The position numbers and the translations under genes were made by a program. From positions 16,368,001 through 16,432,000 of the forward strand of contig OZ024745.1 of assembly GCA_964016885.1 (NCBI GenBank): a DNA stretch of 64,000 nucleotides, written 5' to 3'. The stretch is from Eledone cirrhosa. Lineage: Eukaryota. Of this stretch, positions 13,625 through 27,103 are shown one piece after another. The notes below the pieces were generated by a model, which was not told where the DNA came from, ran no database searches, and saw nothing but the letters and a program-made list of their open reading frames with translations. Every line of letters starts with the position of its first letter. Position 1 is the stretch's first letter.

Positions 13625-13824
13625 GTTATTCCGGGTTGAATCGGAGGTAACAACAGTAAGTAACGTACTCAATACATAGCACAATATAAAAGTTTTAATA
13701 TAGATGAGATTCTACAGGACTAGAACTGTTTCATTCTTTAGAAATTATCAGGAATCTCAGATTGCTGATGATTTCGAAAGAATGAATCAGTTCTAGTCCT
13801 GTAGAATCTCATCTATATTAAAAC
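13625..13824 (-). mobile_element. Family C short PLE-type element with two inverted, mutated hammerheads
   Basis: Inverted arms 13692-13751 / 13765-13824; minus-strand motif 13706-13758 gagattc CTGATAA..GAAA CAG ttctagtc CTG TA gaatctc (G8A); plus copy has GAAT; homologous to 25319-25540. Confidence 0.75.
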
Positions 13825-13911
13825 TATATATATATATATATTTATACAGATAAGTTATACCTCAAGCTTTTCTATATTAAACATATATATATATGTGTTT
13901 ATATATATATA

Positions 13912-13966
<55 letters not shown>

Positions 13967-14031
13967 ATACGTATATACACACATACATAACTATATGTGT
14001 ATATACACATATATATATATATATATATATA

Positions 14032-15259
14032 CTAGCAGAAGTACCCGGCGTTGCCCGGGTGTAAGTCGACCTTTGGTCTGTTGTTAAAATGTTTGAAAGT
14101 TGCTTCCCGCGCATCACAGGTGCAAAAACCTTCGAACCTCAAGGAAAAAAACAGAGGTTAGTATACGCAGGTGTGTAATTGAGCATAAATAATGGATCAA
14201 TTGTAGGTTCACAGTGTATCGTTGAAATTGTTCTTTGCAAGACTGACGGAAGTCAAATTCACTTGAAATTGAATTTTCAGTTGATTTTTAAAGCAGGGTG
14301 AAAAAGTCGATTTTTTCAAATATATTTGTTTTTTACAATTTTGGCGCTCACATGTGCAGAAGAAGAAATAAAAGGGACTTTATCTGAATCGCGGCATAAT
14401 GGACGAATCATTTGCGACAGTTTTCACGAAAATCGGACGTTCCTGTAAAAAATTATCGCATCTGCAACTTTGCCTTGTTTTTTGCGCAAAGTCGAACCCC
14501 CGCTTCACTTTTATTGATTTTTTACATGAACGCGTGACCTCGGAATTAGATTTGAGTAGCTAAAGACCTGTCCCGGTAAATTTGCTATATGTGAAAAAAA
14601 GTTGATCAAAATTGCGTCTAGGGTTATTGCCCTTTGCAACAGCCTCAAGAACATGTAATTAAAAAGATTTACCATGGACTATCGTGCACGTTGGTATTGT
14701 GTTTAGCCTGCGAAAATCGGTGATCAAATGAGGCAACAATAAGCCATACTGATGACATTTAAGCGGGTGGCAAGGAATTGATGCGGCATAGATAGCCATG
14801 GGAGTCTTGAAGGAGCACGGCGGTCAGGCAAAATAAATGGCTGAGGAGGGGATGGTGGCTGACAGTGCATGGAGGCGGCATCCTGAGGCATGAAGATGTA
14901 GTGGGGCGACGGCCAGCAGGCAAGGAAGAGGGCAGAGGTGGACGGTGGCAAGGATGCCGCATGGTGAGCCATGGCAGTCTTGAAGGAGCACTGCGGTCAG
15001 GAAAAAGAAAGGGCCAAGGAGGGGATGGCTGACAGAGCATTGATGCGGCATGGTGATGCATGACGATGCAGTGGGACGACGGCGTGCAGGGAAGGGAGAT
15101 GGCCGGGATTGACGGTTGCAGGGATTCCGCATGGTGAACCATGGCACTCGTCAAGGACCAAGTCGTGCGGGTAAGGGAGAGGGAAGGGGAGGGCATGGTG
15201 GCTGACAGCGCATGGATACGGCATGGTGAGGCATGACGATGCAGTGGGACGACATATAT

Positions 15260-15292
<33 letters not shown>

Positions 15293-15303
15293 CACACATA
15301 TAT

Positions 15304-15336
<33 letters not shown>

Positions 15337-15855
15337 CACACACACCTACATATATACAAAACTATATATGTGTGTGTTTATCTATCTATGTATTTTATCA
15401 GCAGGCAGGAGGTTTTGGCTGAGCCAGTGAGGTGGAAGAGAGGGAAAGAGAGTATATACATAAATATATGTGTGTGTTTATCTATCTATGTATTTTATCA
15501 GCAGGCAGGAGGTGTGGCTGCGCCAGTGAGGTGGAAAAGAGGGAAAGAGAGTAAGTTAGAGTTGTCCTGATTTTTGCCTCTGGTGATCCAATTATCGATT
15601 TTTCGAAAATTCAATGTAGCGCACGTTTATCCCTGGATCAAAATACACACTTGCGTCAAGTTTCATCGATTTTTGAAAATATCGAATTTTGGCTTCTGGG
15701 GTCCCGATTATCGATTTTTCGAAATTTTCAAGTAGCCTATTCCACTCTACGCGTTGAGTTTTATATATGTGTGAGGTTTCATGAAAATTGGATGAACGGT
15801 GTAGCATGCGAGTTCGGTACACCAAACAACGCCCAACTTCACTTTATATATAATA
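14032..15855 (-). mobile_element. Non-autonomous Helitron with internal GC-rich tandem array
   Basis: Minus-strand 3' end CCCGGGCAACGCCGGGTACTTCTGCTAG|T (hairpin plus CTAG); probable 5' end TATATATAAAGTGAAGTTGGG near 15853. Confidence 0.7.
14790..15252. repeat. GC-rich tandem repeat, period about 170-175 bp, about 2.7 copies
   Basis: CCATGG(G/C)AGTCTTGAAGGAGCAC at about 14795 and 14970, degenerate at about 15139. Confidence 0.85.
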
Positions 15856-15867
15856 TATATAAATACG

Positions 15868-15963
<96 letters not shown>

Positions 15964-16038
15964 GTTATTTAGGCGGAGTAGCGTATAAGTATGTGTATGC
16001 GTTTCTGTTTGTGTACACTCAGACAATTATATTATGGA

Positions 16039-16069
<31 letters not shown>

Positions 16070-16454
16070 TGAGTGTCTGTGTGTGTGTGTTTATCTTTGT
16101 TATAGTTCTAATTCATTTGTTTATGCTGTTTCATCCCTTCTTTCCTTTTACACATACAGACAGAGAGAAGAGAGACAGAGAGGGAGAGAGAGAGAAAGAG
16201 AGAGAAACAAGCATACACATATATATATATGAATATGTGTGTAAGTGTGTTTACAAGTACGTATATATTTCATAAACTATATTTTATTTTAGCTGCAAAG
16301 CTACGAGAAATCTCAAGGGCAGACAGTTTTGTGTTTAATGCGCTGAAGAGGGTAATAAGCACGAAATTCCCGGCCTCCGGTATATATATATATATATATA
16401 TATACTGTATATATATATATATACTGTACATATATATTTATATATATATATATA

Positions 16455-17007
16455 TGGTGGCTGCCAACTCGTTTTCGAGTACGGCCAATACTTTATATCG
16501 ATGTAGAACTCCTACCGATGCGCTGAACGAGTGTGACTCTTTAGTCCAGCCAGCGACTTGAACACTCTGGTACAAACACTACACCTGTGACAATTATTGA
16601 CACATAGTGCTGGGCCCATGGTACCATGTGACGACAAGTGCAGAGAGATCTCCAGATATAAAGCAATGCCTGTGCCGTGAAGCTTTTATAGTGAGCAAAG
16701 GCACTGCACAAAGCCAGTCCCACTCCCTTAACCAAGATGATATTTACCAAAAAGAAGAACAATTCAACATCATTGGATACCATCAGGGTTGCAGGTGTTA
16801 TATAAGAGTTTTCCTTCTCCTAGAATTCTGCCTTGACAAAGGCTAAGGGGTCATCTCTCCCGGTGATTTTGGATGGCCATTGACTCTTAAGAGCTCCTTT
16901 GCCCTTTGACAGGTTTTGTTTTTAGTCCTGCAGGATGTTCAAAGTAACCCTCCTCACCAAGAAACCTTCGTAGGGTTGCCAGTTTAGTCGTCAACGACCC
17001 GACCATG
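16455..17007 (-). mobile_element. Bipartite non-autonomous RTE derivative (slightly 5'-truncated)
   Basis: Reverse complement of 44161-44770. Confidence 0.85.
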
Positions 17008-17010
17008 TAT

Positions 17011-17073
<63 letters not shown>

Positions 17074-17139
17074 TATGTTGAATATCAATATTAATACACA
17101 CACGCATACATATATATGTATATATATATACTCTTATAT

Positions 17140-17315
17140 ATATAGTGGATTCTCGCTATATATCAGGAAGTGACCTCAGTTAAAAAAGGTATTCAATACG
17201 TTAGCAGAGTTTAGGTATCAATTTATTTTATATAGGACTAGAATTATGCAGGACGAGAATTGTTTCATTCATAAGAAATATTACGAATGAAACAGTTTTA
17301 TTCCAGTAGAAATAC
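17140..17315 (-). mobile_element. Family C degenerate copy
   Basis: CAGGACGAGAATTGTTTCATTC...GAATGAAACAGTTTTATTCCAGTAG inverted remnant; minus-strand tail ACTCTGCTAACGTATTGAATA. Confidence 0.55.
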
Positions 17316-17354
17316 TTTGTGTAAAAATTAAGGACATATATATATATACACGCA

Positions 17355-17425
<71 letters not shown>

Positions 17426-17574
17426 TCACACACACATTAAGAAATGCGCTAAGCAACGGAGGCATTTACATGTCTATAAACTATAAACACAATGTCGCAG
17501 TCAAGGTTACATACTATGTATATATACACACACATATATATATATATGTATATATATATATGTATATATATATT

Positions 17575-17605
<31 letters not shown>

Positions 17606-18219
17606 TCTCATAGACTTAATAATTAACTAATTAATTTAATTAGACAATTCTGTTGATTGGTTAATTATTTGTGTTTGTTTAATAACGTCTGGTTGAGAGC
17701 TGTTATTCAGAATGTTGAGCGGAAATATGTTTCCTTTGTTAACACTTTGAATTTACCCGCCAAAAACCGGGGGTTGCTTTCCTTGTTGGAAATAACACGT
17801 TTACAACGAAATGCTTGAAGGCTGTCTATTGTGGCGGTCGCATTTAGTTTGTTCACACCAGTTTGAGGCAGAACAGAATGCCTGTTGATGAAATGAATCC
17901 CCTCTTCGATCATGGAATACCACAAGCTTATGTGTTACGTAAGTTGGATAGATGATTTCAGATTCATAGAAACATATCGGACGTATTTCAGAATATCATG
18001 CGATCTCTCCAGGTCTGTTTTTAACCTGATTAGTTCTTTCGCTACTTTGGTATTGTATGGTTGGGTTTTGCCTACCGCAATTTTCAATTTGTCAAGCTAT
18101 TTAAACGTATGTTATTACTCTAAGGACCTACCCTTATTGAGTGTTTTGCTACTCATTCCTTATTGTAGGTCGACTTTGCTTGGCCACAGCCAAAGCTTCG
18201 ATTTTACTAAGCTTCCACT

Positions 18220-18276
<57 letters not shown>

Positions 18277-18286
18277 ATATATATAT

Positions 18287-18527
18287 CTACGGCGGGTAAA
18301 ATTTCAGAGATCCATGGACGAATTCTCTCCAGCGGTCTCTGTCCCTCATTATCACTGCCACGTACTGCGTCTCCAACAGACCAGTGTCTGTCCTTAGGGC
18401 ATCAACATATGTTAACCTCCGTCTTCCTCTTCCAGTGTGTCCATGCAGGAGCTCCCACAGGAGCACTGAGTGCAGTGTCAACTCTGGATGTCGTTGAGCA
18501 TGTCCAGCTAACCTCAGTTTCCTCTGT
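18287..18527 (-). mobile_element. RTE-a LINE 3' fragment
   Basis: ORF 18287-18481 nearly identical to the end of 6105-6540; abuts (TA)n; joined to a family A tail fragment at 18526-18564. Confidence 0.9.
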
Positions 18528-18623
18528 TATGGTCCACCTGGTTTCTTATCACACTTCCCTCATTATATATATATATATGGGACAATAACTTATCGTTATA
18601 GGTAATCCAGTTAGAGGTTGTGA

Positions 18624-18734
18624 GTACTCTGAGGATTTGATCAGAGTTAAACAATGTAATGGAGATCGAGTGACGCAACTTCGAGCCATTAGCGGCCTCT
18701 AGACTCACATGATCAATGAAACAATTGTTAATAC
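18624..18734 (+). ncRNA. Type I hammerhead with about 80-nt helix II domain (family D)
   Basis: gtact CTGAGGA t-ttgatca...tgatcaa-t GAAA C-AATT-G TT aatac, then AATAAA; helix I has a mismatch; homologous to 53285 and 62239. Confidence 0.7.
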
Positions 18735-18784
18735 CTGAAATAAAGCTCCTTGTTGTACAGCCAACCAGGTTACTCTTCATTCTT

Positions 18785-18841
<57 letters not shown>

Positions 18842-19225
18842 TTTAAGTAAACGGAAGCAGCAAAGCAACCAACACGGTATGATGAACAAATATGTTAGTT
18901 TAACGTAATGTATGGGGTAACGTAGGTGAGAATGTCTTTGTTAACATGGATGGTTGCCGCTTTGTCATTCTAAGTCTTCGTCTCACTTCTAATACCGTTG
19001 GGATAAACAGAAAAATTGCAATTAGTATTCACCAACTCAGTAGCATTAAATAATATTTCATGTTGCGAGAAAGGAAACCTTGTGTGGATCTGAATGGTGC
19101 TTCGTTCACACACGCACACACATACACATACATATACAAACACACAAACACATACACACATATGCATATACACCTACACACACATATATATATTCTATTC
19201 TATTATATATTATAAATATATATGA

Positions 19226-19393
19226 ATTGGCAGTATCGGTAGAGGGTTGGACGCCATGCTTTCTAGCATAGTTACGTCCCTTTACGGTCTGAGTTCAAAT
19301 CCCGCACAGGTTAACTTTGCCTTTCATCCTTACGGGGTCGATAAAATAAAGTACCAGTAATGTACTTGTAATTGCTGGCCTTGTGCTTAAAGT
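19226..19393 (+). mobile_element. tRNA-derived SINE
   Basis: A box TGGCAGTATCGGTAG, B box GAGTTCAAATCCC, full core. Confidence 0.9.
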
Positions 19394-19430
19394 ATATATT
19401 ATATATTATAAATATATATATATATATATA

Positions 19431-19583
19431 GTTGGTGTTAGGAAGGGCATCCAGCTGTAAAAAAACCTGCCAGAGACCCTTCCGGGTGAGCAGACACTGT
19501 TTCCCGACCCTTCCCGCATCAAATGGAACAAATCCGTCTAACCCATGCTAGCGTGGAAGATGGAAGTCAAACGATGATGATGA

Positions 19584-19587
<4 letters not shown>
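19431..19587 (+). mobile_element. RTE-related SINE/non-autonomous fragment with (GAT)n tail
   Basis: GTTAGGAAGGGCATCCAGCTGTAAAA...ACCCATGCTAGCGTGGAAG..AAACGATGATGATG resembles RTE-type UTR and tail motifs. Confidence 0.5.
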
Positions 19588-19624
<37 letters not shown>

Positions 19625-19629
<5 letters not shown>

Positions 19630-20378
19630 AAGTATGGATACGTACATACATATATGTATACAGACGTACAGTAGTATGTATATACATACATACAAGCACA
19701 CATATATATATGTACGTTTTGGTTTACCGAACATTTATTATAATGTACATATGTGTATACAGACGTACAGTAGTATGTATATACATACATGCACACATAT
19801 ATATATGTACGTTTTGGTTTACCGAACATTTATTATAATGTTCGGTTTGTTTGTAAACAAACAGCCCGAATTAAGCCATACAGTGTTCGGCAAGCATCGT
19901 TGCCCTTTTGTTCAACACTGACAAAGGAACGATGAACTAGTTTCTAGCTTATTAGCTGTCATCAGCACCGTATACCTTCCTGTCAGTCAATTGAACGTTT
20001 GAAAGTATATACTTTTCTTATGCATATTAACGGCTGAGCAGCCTAATTTGCATATCGAGTGAGTTAGTCGGTCAGGCGTACCGAAAACGATAAATGGAAA
20101 AAATGAAATTTCATTTCTCACTCTCAGTACGGCTGATACTTAAATGTAAGTATGTATACGTACATACATATATGTAAACAGACGTACAGTAGTATATATA
20201 TACATACATACATGCACACATATATATGTATGTACGTATGGATTTACCGAACACTTATTATAATGTTCGGTTTGTTTGTAAGCAAACAGCCCGGCCGACT
20301 AACTCACTCGATATGCAAATTAGGCTGCTCAGCCATTAATAGCCATAAGAAAAGTATATACTTTCAAACGTTCAATTA
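19625..20378 (-). mobile_element. Family B diverged copy, tandem plus inverted arrangement
   Basis: Aligns to 12274-13342; inverted segment 20295-20378. Confidence 0.8.
19929..19971 (-). ncRNA. Minimal hammerhead (family B)
   Basis: acggtg CTGATGA c-agct-aata-agct-a GAAA CTAG TT catcgt; GUU site. Confidence 0.8.
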
Positions 20379-22960
20379 TTACCTTAGATAGAAACACTAA
20401 AAACGTTAACTTCCTTGATGCTACCCTTTGCCTGGTCTCTAAAATATATACACCCTTTCATAAACTAAACTAAAAACTACTTTATGTAGATACCAACTCT
20501 AACCACCCTAAATCTATATTAAACTCGATTACTAAAGGAGTATCTAATAGAATTTCCACTCTATCTTAAACTATATTTAACAGAAATTCCCAATACTATA
20601 ACGAAGCTTTAGCTCGCTCAGGACATAAAAATAAAATTAAATTTTTAACTAAAAAATCACCTAGTTATAACATTATTTCACACAATATGGCCATGAATAA
20701 AATTAAAAGTAATAAAAGTACTGGCCACTCTAACTCTAGTATGAAGGGTAATAACAAAGTTAACTCGCGCCAAAATAGACACCCTAATAATAATAATATA
20801 AACAGAAATATAAACAATACTACAACTACCATTACAAAAAATAATCACAAAAATAGAACTAATACATTTTCAATCCCCCTTTCAATTTAAACATTTCCAC
20901 CAACTTGCCTAAGGCTTTCTTCTCAATCTTAGAAAATAACTTCCCAGTCGGCCATAGAAAACCATAATCTTATCAATAAAAATACCATTAAAATTTCTTA
21001 CTCTACCACACCAAACATCGCGAACCATATAGCTAGTAGTAATAAAAGGAAGATTAATAATTATTTCCAATTAAATAAATCGCAACACGGGGTGAACTTA
21101 TTTAACAACATAGTACCGGAGAATTCTAGTAGCAGTAATAATAATAGTAATAGCACTAATGAAATTAATAGCAATGGGAAATATAATCAACATTACCCAA
21201 ATGCTCTCCATAACAACCATGCATCTACACACCCTATTAGCCAGCAAGTAAACAACCAAAATAACTGTAATTGTAGAACAAATAGAACTTGGCGCTTAGG
21301 AAAAAACTTCTTAATAAAATACTCCTGCACAGTCGTTACAAAAAACACTTCGAAAACATATTTTGTTTCTACTTCGAACTGCTTCAAGACGAGATATAAC
21401 TCTCATCTTTACACTTTCAAAAATTATAATCTACCTACATACACTCTCTGCAAACTAGGAATAGACCATATACACTGCAATGGGAGGTAATAGATAGAGC
21501 CACCTCGTATAAACCACCGAACAGATTTTGTAACTTCTGTCTTCTAGAGACTCGCACTATAATCTATTCTAAGCTAAACCTTTTAAATAGAAAATCAGAA
21601 ATGTTTTCCAAGTGCTAACACTACCACCGAGACTCTTTCCACAATTTCAAACCTAGCTGCTAATATATAACAATGTCAGATCTGGATTCCTCACCGCCGT
21701 TAACACTTTACCTCTAGGTTTTATCAGCATATAATACCCCCCCCCCCACAACATTACATTTTTATATGAGTTCATTCCTTCACTTATCTCCTGTTTATCT
21801 CAGATCCCATACTCAATAATAACTATAAAGAATAAACATAAATTTACCACCACTTAATATAACTACAATATCTTCCTTACTAATATTTCATTCATTTAAT
21901 TAATATATAGGTAGGTAGTAGTAAATTGAGACCTTTAAAATATTATATAGAAAACAGATTGTATATAAATTTAAATATTTAAATATAAAAATAAATAGCA
22001 TTGTATAAGGATTCACTTATAATATAATATATTGTATATTAACACAAGGAATTTAGCTAATTAGAGTTATAAACAACTAACACCAGATTATATATTTTTC
22101 TATTATACACAAATTAATCTTCAATTACCTCCCCTTTCCCATTAGCTCCCTTTGTGAAGATCTCTAATCACTTCCTGAAATTAAACCGCCAGACAGATCA
22201 TTCCAGAACAACTCTAACCCTTAATAAAATTATAATAGAACAATATACAATCCATAGTTGTATCTACTGATAAACATTTCCTAACATATAACAAATGGAA
22301 AGAAAAACCTTGATATTAACACTCACAACACATATATATTTAAACATTACCAGAACAATTATCACATTACATCCACCATAAACTATCATAGAAACTTCTT
22401 TTCCTACCCATGCATTCCTCACTGCTTAATATACTATTACACCTATATTATGTGATATCTTTGCCAATATTCTGGTATACATGCTTAATACCATTGCTTG
22501 TTCTTTTACCTTATTATTCTGTACATGCCTAATACCTCTGCATTATTTTTATATGTATGCATATGTACCACTAATGTCCTCATTTTGCGAGTAACTTTCT
22601 TTCATACTTCTATAATTGTTTTATAATTTTTTTATAATCTTTGTCACACCCATTGCTACTGACCACATCATCTTCACACCCAAATATGACACTATTGATA
22701 ACAACAGTAATATCTACATATATTTACGACTGTTCTGTGGAATAGGACGTTAATTATATGTTTAAACTTTGCCAATGCTCCGATGAATCCAAACGAATGT
22801 TTGGAAGAAACGATTGTCAGCAATAAAATGCTTTGAACAGAGTTTTGATTATTCTGTAATTTATATTCCTGCTCTGTAAGACATTTGATGTATTTACATT
22901 GAGCTATTTTTCATACTGGTATTAAGGTAATAAAAAATAAAAAAATACTGACCTTTCCTG
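20378..22960 (+). mobile_element. Penelope-like element, 5'-truncated and decayed: RT C-terminus, GIY-YIG endonuclease, long 3' UTR, pseudo-LTR
   Basis: Peptides NVNFLDATL..YTPFHK..YVDTNSNHPKSIL..YYNEALARSGHK, KISYSTTPNI, CNCRT..KTYF.STSNCFKTRYNSH, CNFCLLET..LLNRKSE; stops and frameshifts; hammerhead at 22776. Confidence 0.9.
22776..22822 (+). ncRNA. Hammerhead variant (CCGAUGA core) in PLE pseudo-LTR (family E)
   Basis: tgct CCGATGA a-tccaaac-gaat-gtttgga-a GAAA C-gatt-G TC agca, followed by AATAAA. Confidence 0.75.
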
Positions 22961-23376
22961 TTTATATTTATATATAGTGTATATATAAGTATAAATAATA
23001 TTATTATTATATGATACACACGAGAGTAAGAAAAGAGCAACAATAAGCAGAAAGTAAATGTAACATAACTAGATAAACCTTTCATCATGTATCAGTTGAT
23101 GGTGATCTCAACAACTAAATGACAGAGTGGACCATAATTAGATAACTGATTATAAAGTCATATAATAATTACGTGCTGGCGTTAATACTGGCGGAAAGTG
23201 ATTTGAACGTTTTATGTAACTATATAAACTTAAATGAATTGACTCTTTTGATGATATTTCTTATCACGATGGTTTACTTTTTATTCATGTCTTAACAGTG
23301 TTCTAATTATGGTCTAACATGAATATATATTTGTACTTTTCCACCGCATTGTACCGCCTATTTGGAAACCATTGGT

Positions 23377-23530
<154 letters not shown>

Positions 23531-23880
23531 CACACATTTAGGTTTATTGGTTCACCACTGGATAGAACTGGTCATTCCGTATGGTCAACCTTGATGTAAT
23601 ATTAGGGAGAGCACTCGACGTGATGCAACTCACCCGTCTTCGTTTGTGTTGTTGGTGGTGCGAGTATGGAGTTATTTATTATAAAATAACAGGAGGCTGG
23701 ACTGGTGTAATTCCTTAAAGGTTTATTATACTATGAACATGTCAATGACTGTGTTCAGTAGGAATCCGGTGACATCATCAGGTATTCGAAATTTAACAAA
23801 GGAATATAATCCGTGGGGCTGAATTTAGAAACTGCTAAATGTGTGGCCGCCTTCTTGTCTCTGACCTTTCAGCCCCATGG

Positions 23881-24201
<321 letters not shown>

Positions 24202-24209
24202 GTGTATAC

Positions 24210-24245
<36 letters not shown>

Positions 24246-24573
24246 GTGTATACATATATATTTTATTTGATGCAACCGTTATTTATATAAGATAAGGTTA
24301 GGTATAGATAAGCAATAAACAGCGAGTCTTCTTTGGCTGAGTTAAACTTGACAATTCAATTTTTCAGCACTTATTATATTATATTTCATATTGACATGAC
24401 ATATACAACAGTTGATTTATTGGCATGATAATCAGTTGTTATCTATGGAACCAATATCTTAAAGGAACTTTTATATGAATTCAAACAACAAAAGATTGTA
24501 AATTTCAAATTGAATAAATAATCCCTGTTTATGAAGAATACAAGTAACTCCAAGGAATCCAATTAGTTTATTT

Positions 24574-24650
<77 letters not shown>

Positions 24651-24691
24651 ACGATATTAATAAATGAAAACTATATTTATAAAACCATATT

Positions 24692-24752
24692 TATTCTATT
24701 ATATATATTTCAAGGGTACAAAAACTTTGGTACGCTCTCATCAGATGAAATA
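24692..24752 (-). ncRNA. Hammerhead (family F)
   Basis: tatttcat CTGATGA gagcgtac..gtaccctt GAAA T-ATAT-A TA atagaata; homologous to 52720-52785. Confidence 0.65.
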
Positions 24753-25214
24753 TAAAGTTTGTTTTATAAATATTGACATATCCAAGAACGATGAATGTAT
24801 GTATAGTATATTTCGCAATATACCGTATGTTTTAAATGATAGCGCAAGGTCTTCAAAATGTTTTTAATTAAACATACCGTATATCACCAAATATACTATA
24901 CGTACATTCCTGTTTACATCGCTATTTCAGATCACCAATCCTAATTTTCAATTTTTGCTGGACCGGCAATCGCTCTGTATAATCAGTTCCTGATTATTAT
25001 TGAAATTCTATAAGAATCCAGCCTCTATAATTTTCGGCAAGGCAGGAGGTACATTGCTCTGAGGGACACCAACAGTGTGAAAGAGAATGTGTCAGCTTCT
25101 CTCCCTTCTTTGCCGAAAAAAAAGAAGTAAGTGGCATAGTCACTACTTTAAAATGATAGCGCAAAATGTTTTTAATTAAACATACGGTATATTGCCAAAT
25201 ATACTATACATACA

Positions 25215-25274
<60 letters not shown>

Positions 25275-25291
25275 TATATATATATATATAC

Positions 25292-25318
<27 letters not shown>

Positions 25319-25322
<4 letters not shown>

Positions 25323-25540
25323 ATATAGAAAGGTTTCTACAGGACTAGAACTGTTTCATTCCGGAGAAATAATTAGGGTTTCCTGATGATTTCTCCGGAA
25401 TGAAACAGTTCTAGTCCTGTAGAAGCCTTTCTATATTAAATATATATATATATATATAATATACATTAAATATTTATACTCTGCTCTGTATTGAGTACCT
25501 TACTTACTGTGGTTACCCCTGATTGAATCCGGGGTAAACT
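25319..25540 (+). mobile_element. Family C short PLE-type element with inverted arm
   Basis: Inverted arms 25319-25375 / 25383-25440; tail with 3' bulged stem-loop 25477-25497; in (TA)n. Confidence 0.8.
25377..25427 (+). ncRNA. Type I hammerhead (family C), intact core
   Basis: ggtttc CTGATGA t-ttc-tccg-gaa-t GAAA CAG-ttctagtc-CTG TA gaagcc; helix I co-varies with the 13706 copy (gagattc/gaatctc). Confidence 0.85.
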
Positions 25541-25671
25541 TATATATATATGTGTGTATGTATATATATATAGAGAGAGAGAGGTTTATGTAAGTATATA
25601 TATAGATATATGTATGTATATAGATATGTGTTAGTATATATATATATATATATATAAATATATATACAATA

Positions 25672-26240
25672 TGTTTCGCCAGGACGTATTTGAATTAAAT
25701 GGAATAGCCTATGGTTCATCAGCGCGTGCAAGATTATACATTTATACATTCCAGACAATTCTAAGAGAATTTAAAGCGACCGTCCAGCTACACGCGGCTG
25801 AGAGATGTCACAGCGTGTTTAGGGCAGTGAACCAGTGGTGTCTGAGGAATAAGCTGCTAGAAAGTGCAGCCAAAAAAACACTCGAAATGTGCTCAACCAA
25901 ACACAGAGAGAGGAAATATTGTTACAAGGACACCACTGGTTCACTGCCCTAAACACGCTGTGACATCTCTCTCTGCCGCGTGTAGCTGGACGGTCGCTTT
26001 AGATTCTCTTAGAGTTGTCTGGAATGTATAGTCTTGCACGTGCTGATGAACCATAGGCTATTCCATTTCAGTCAAATACCTCGTGGCGAAACAGATCTCT
26101 TTGGATTTGTACGTGTGTGTTATATAATTATAGAGGTATGTATATACATTTTAATTTATATTTTTAATTATTGTGTGTCTCCCCTGCCTTCCATAGAGTA
26201 TAGATTCCATACACTGGTGGCTCCCCTGTTTTATTGATGG
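25672..26240 (+). mobile_element. Family G PLE-type element with about 165-bp inverted arms
   Basis: 25672-25841 is the reverse complement of 25929-26092; contains hammerhead 26036-26118. Confidence 0.75.
26036..26118 (+). ncRNA. Type I hammerhead (family G), intact core, normal-length helix III
   Basis: gcacgtg CTGATGA a-cca.agg.tatt..aata.cct..tgg-c GAAA CAGATC-tctttg-GATTTG TA cgtgtgt. Confidence 0.8.
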
Positions 26241-26384
26241 CACACTCTCTCTCTCTAGTGTGTTACCTTTTCAACATATTGTATTTTAAAGAGCTCAGGA
26301 TTCCTTTTCCTTTGAGCACATTATTGCCAGGGAATAACGAGAGTCTATGGCTCCGTTAATATATCGTGATATATAAATATATAT

Positions 26385-26650
26385 AGGAAAATATATGACC
26401 TCGACGGCAGAGCTCAAGCCGTTTCGACGTCCAGAAATAGCCGTCGGAACGGCTTCAGCTCTGCCGTCGTGGTCATACATTTTCCTATTACCCACTCTAC
26501 TACACTATATATATAACGAAGCAGTTGTGGTAAGGAACCAGATGGACCATAACGCACCAAAGTACTCAATACTTAGGGTAGTAGAGTGGGTAATATGAAA
26601 ATGTAGACCCCGACAGCAGAGCTCAAGCCGTTTCGACGGCTATTTTCCTA
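26385..26650. mobile_element. Family A cluster (inverted pair plus a further minus-strand copy)
   Basis: Three GACGGCAGAGCTCAAGCCG-type segments in alternating orientation. Confidence 0.8.
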
Positions 26651-26817
26651 TATATATATATAATATCTTCTCTAATACAATTTTCCTTCAGGTTTCCATG
26701 TATTTAGATCTTCCTGGGGTGGTGAATCTACAATAATAATTGTATCAGACGTGAATTTAGTATAATTTGATATGGTTATCAACTAATTTTACCAGTGTTT
26801 ACAACTCCATCTCTGTT

Positions 26818-26849
<32 letters not shown>

Positions 26850-27046
26850 GGGATACTATTTATGGTTATGTATATATTAAAACTTTTCATAGTTATGTAT
26901 ATTTTAAACCTTAAACAATGAAGGTCAGTCATTTATTACTACCTTATTACCAGGAAGATAAATAGCTCAATGTAATAACATCAGTTGTTCTACAGAGCAG
27001 TTTTATAGAATTCACAAGAATCAAAGCTATGTTCAAAGCATTTATT

Positions 27047-27093
27047 CACTTACAATTGTTTCATCCAAACCTAGGCTTGGCGTCTTCGGAGCA
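27047..27093 (-). ncRNA. Hammerhead variant (CCGAAGA core), family E pseudo-LTR
   Basis: tgct CCGAAGA cg-ccaagcc-ta-ggtttgg-at GAAA C-AATT-G TA agtg AATAAA; downstream sequence aligns with 22823-22920. Confidence 0.75.
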
Positions 27094-27103
27094 TTTTTCA
27101 ATG

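Noticed and set aside
16340-16385. CTGAAGA..GAAA hammerhead candidate
   Set aside because: No helix I partner and helix III out of register
23720-23790. Minus-strand CTGATGA with ATAC/GTAT helix I and AATAAA
   Set aside because: No GAAA in the required place; possibly a decayed pseudo-LTR, not called
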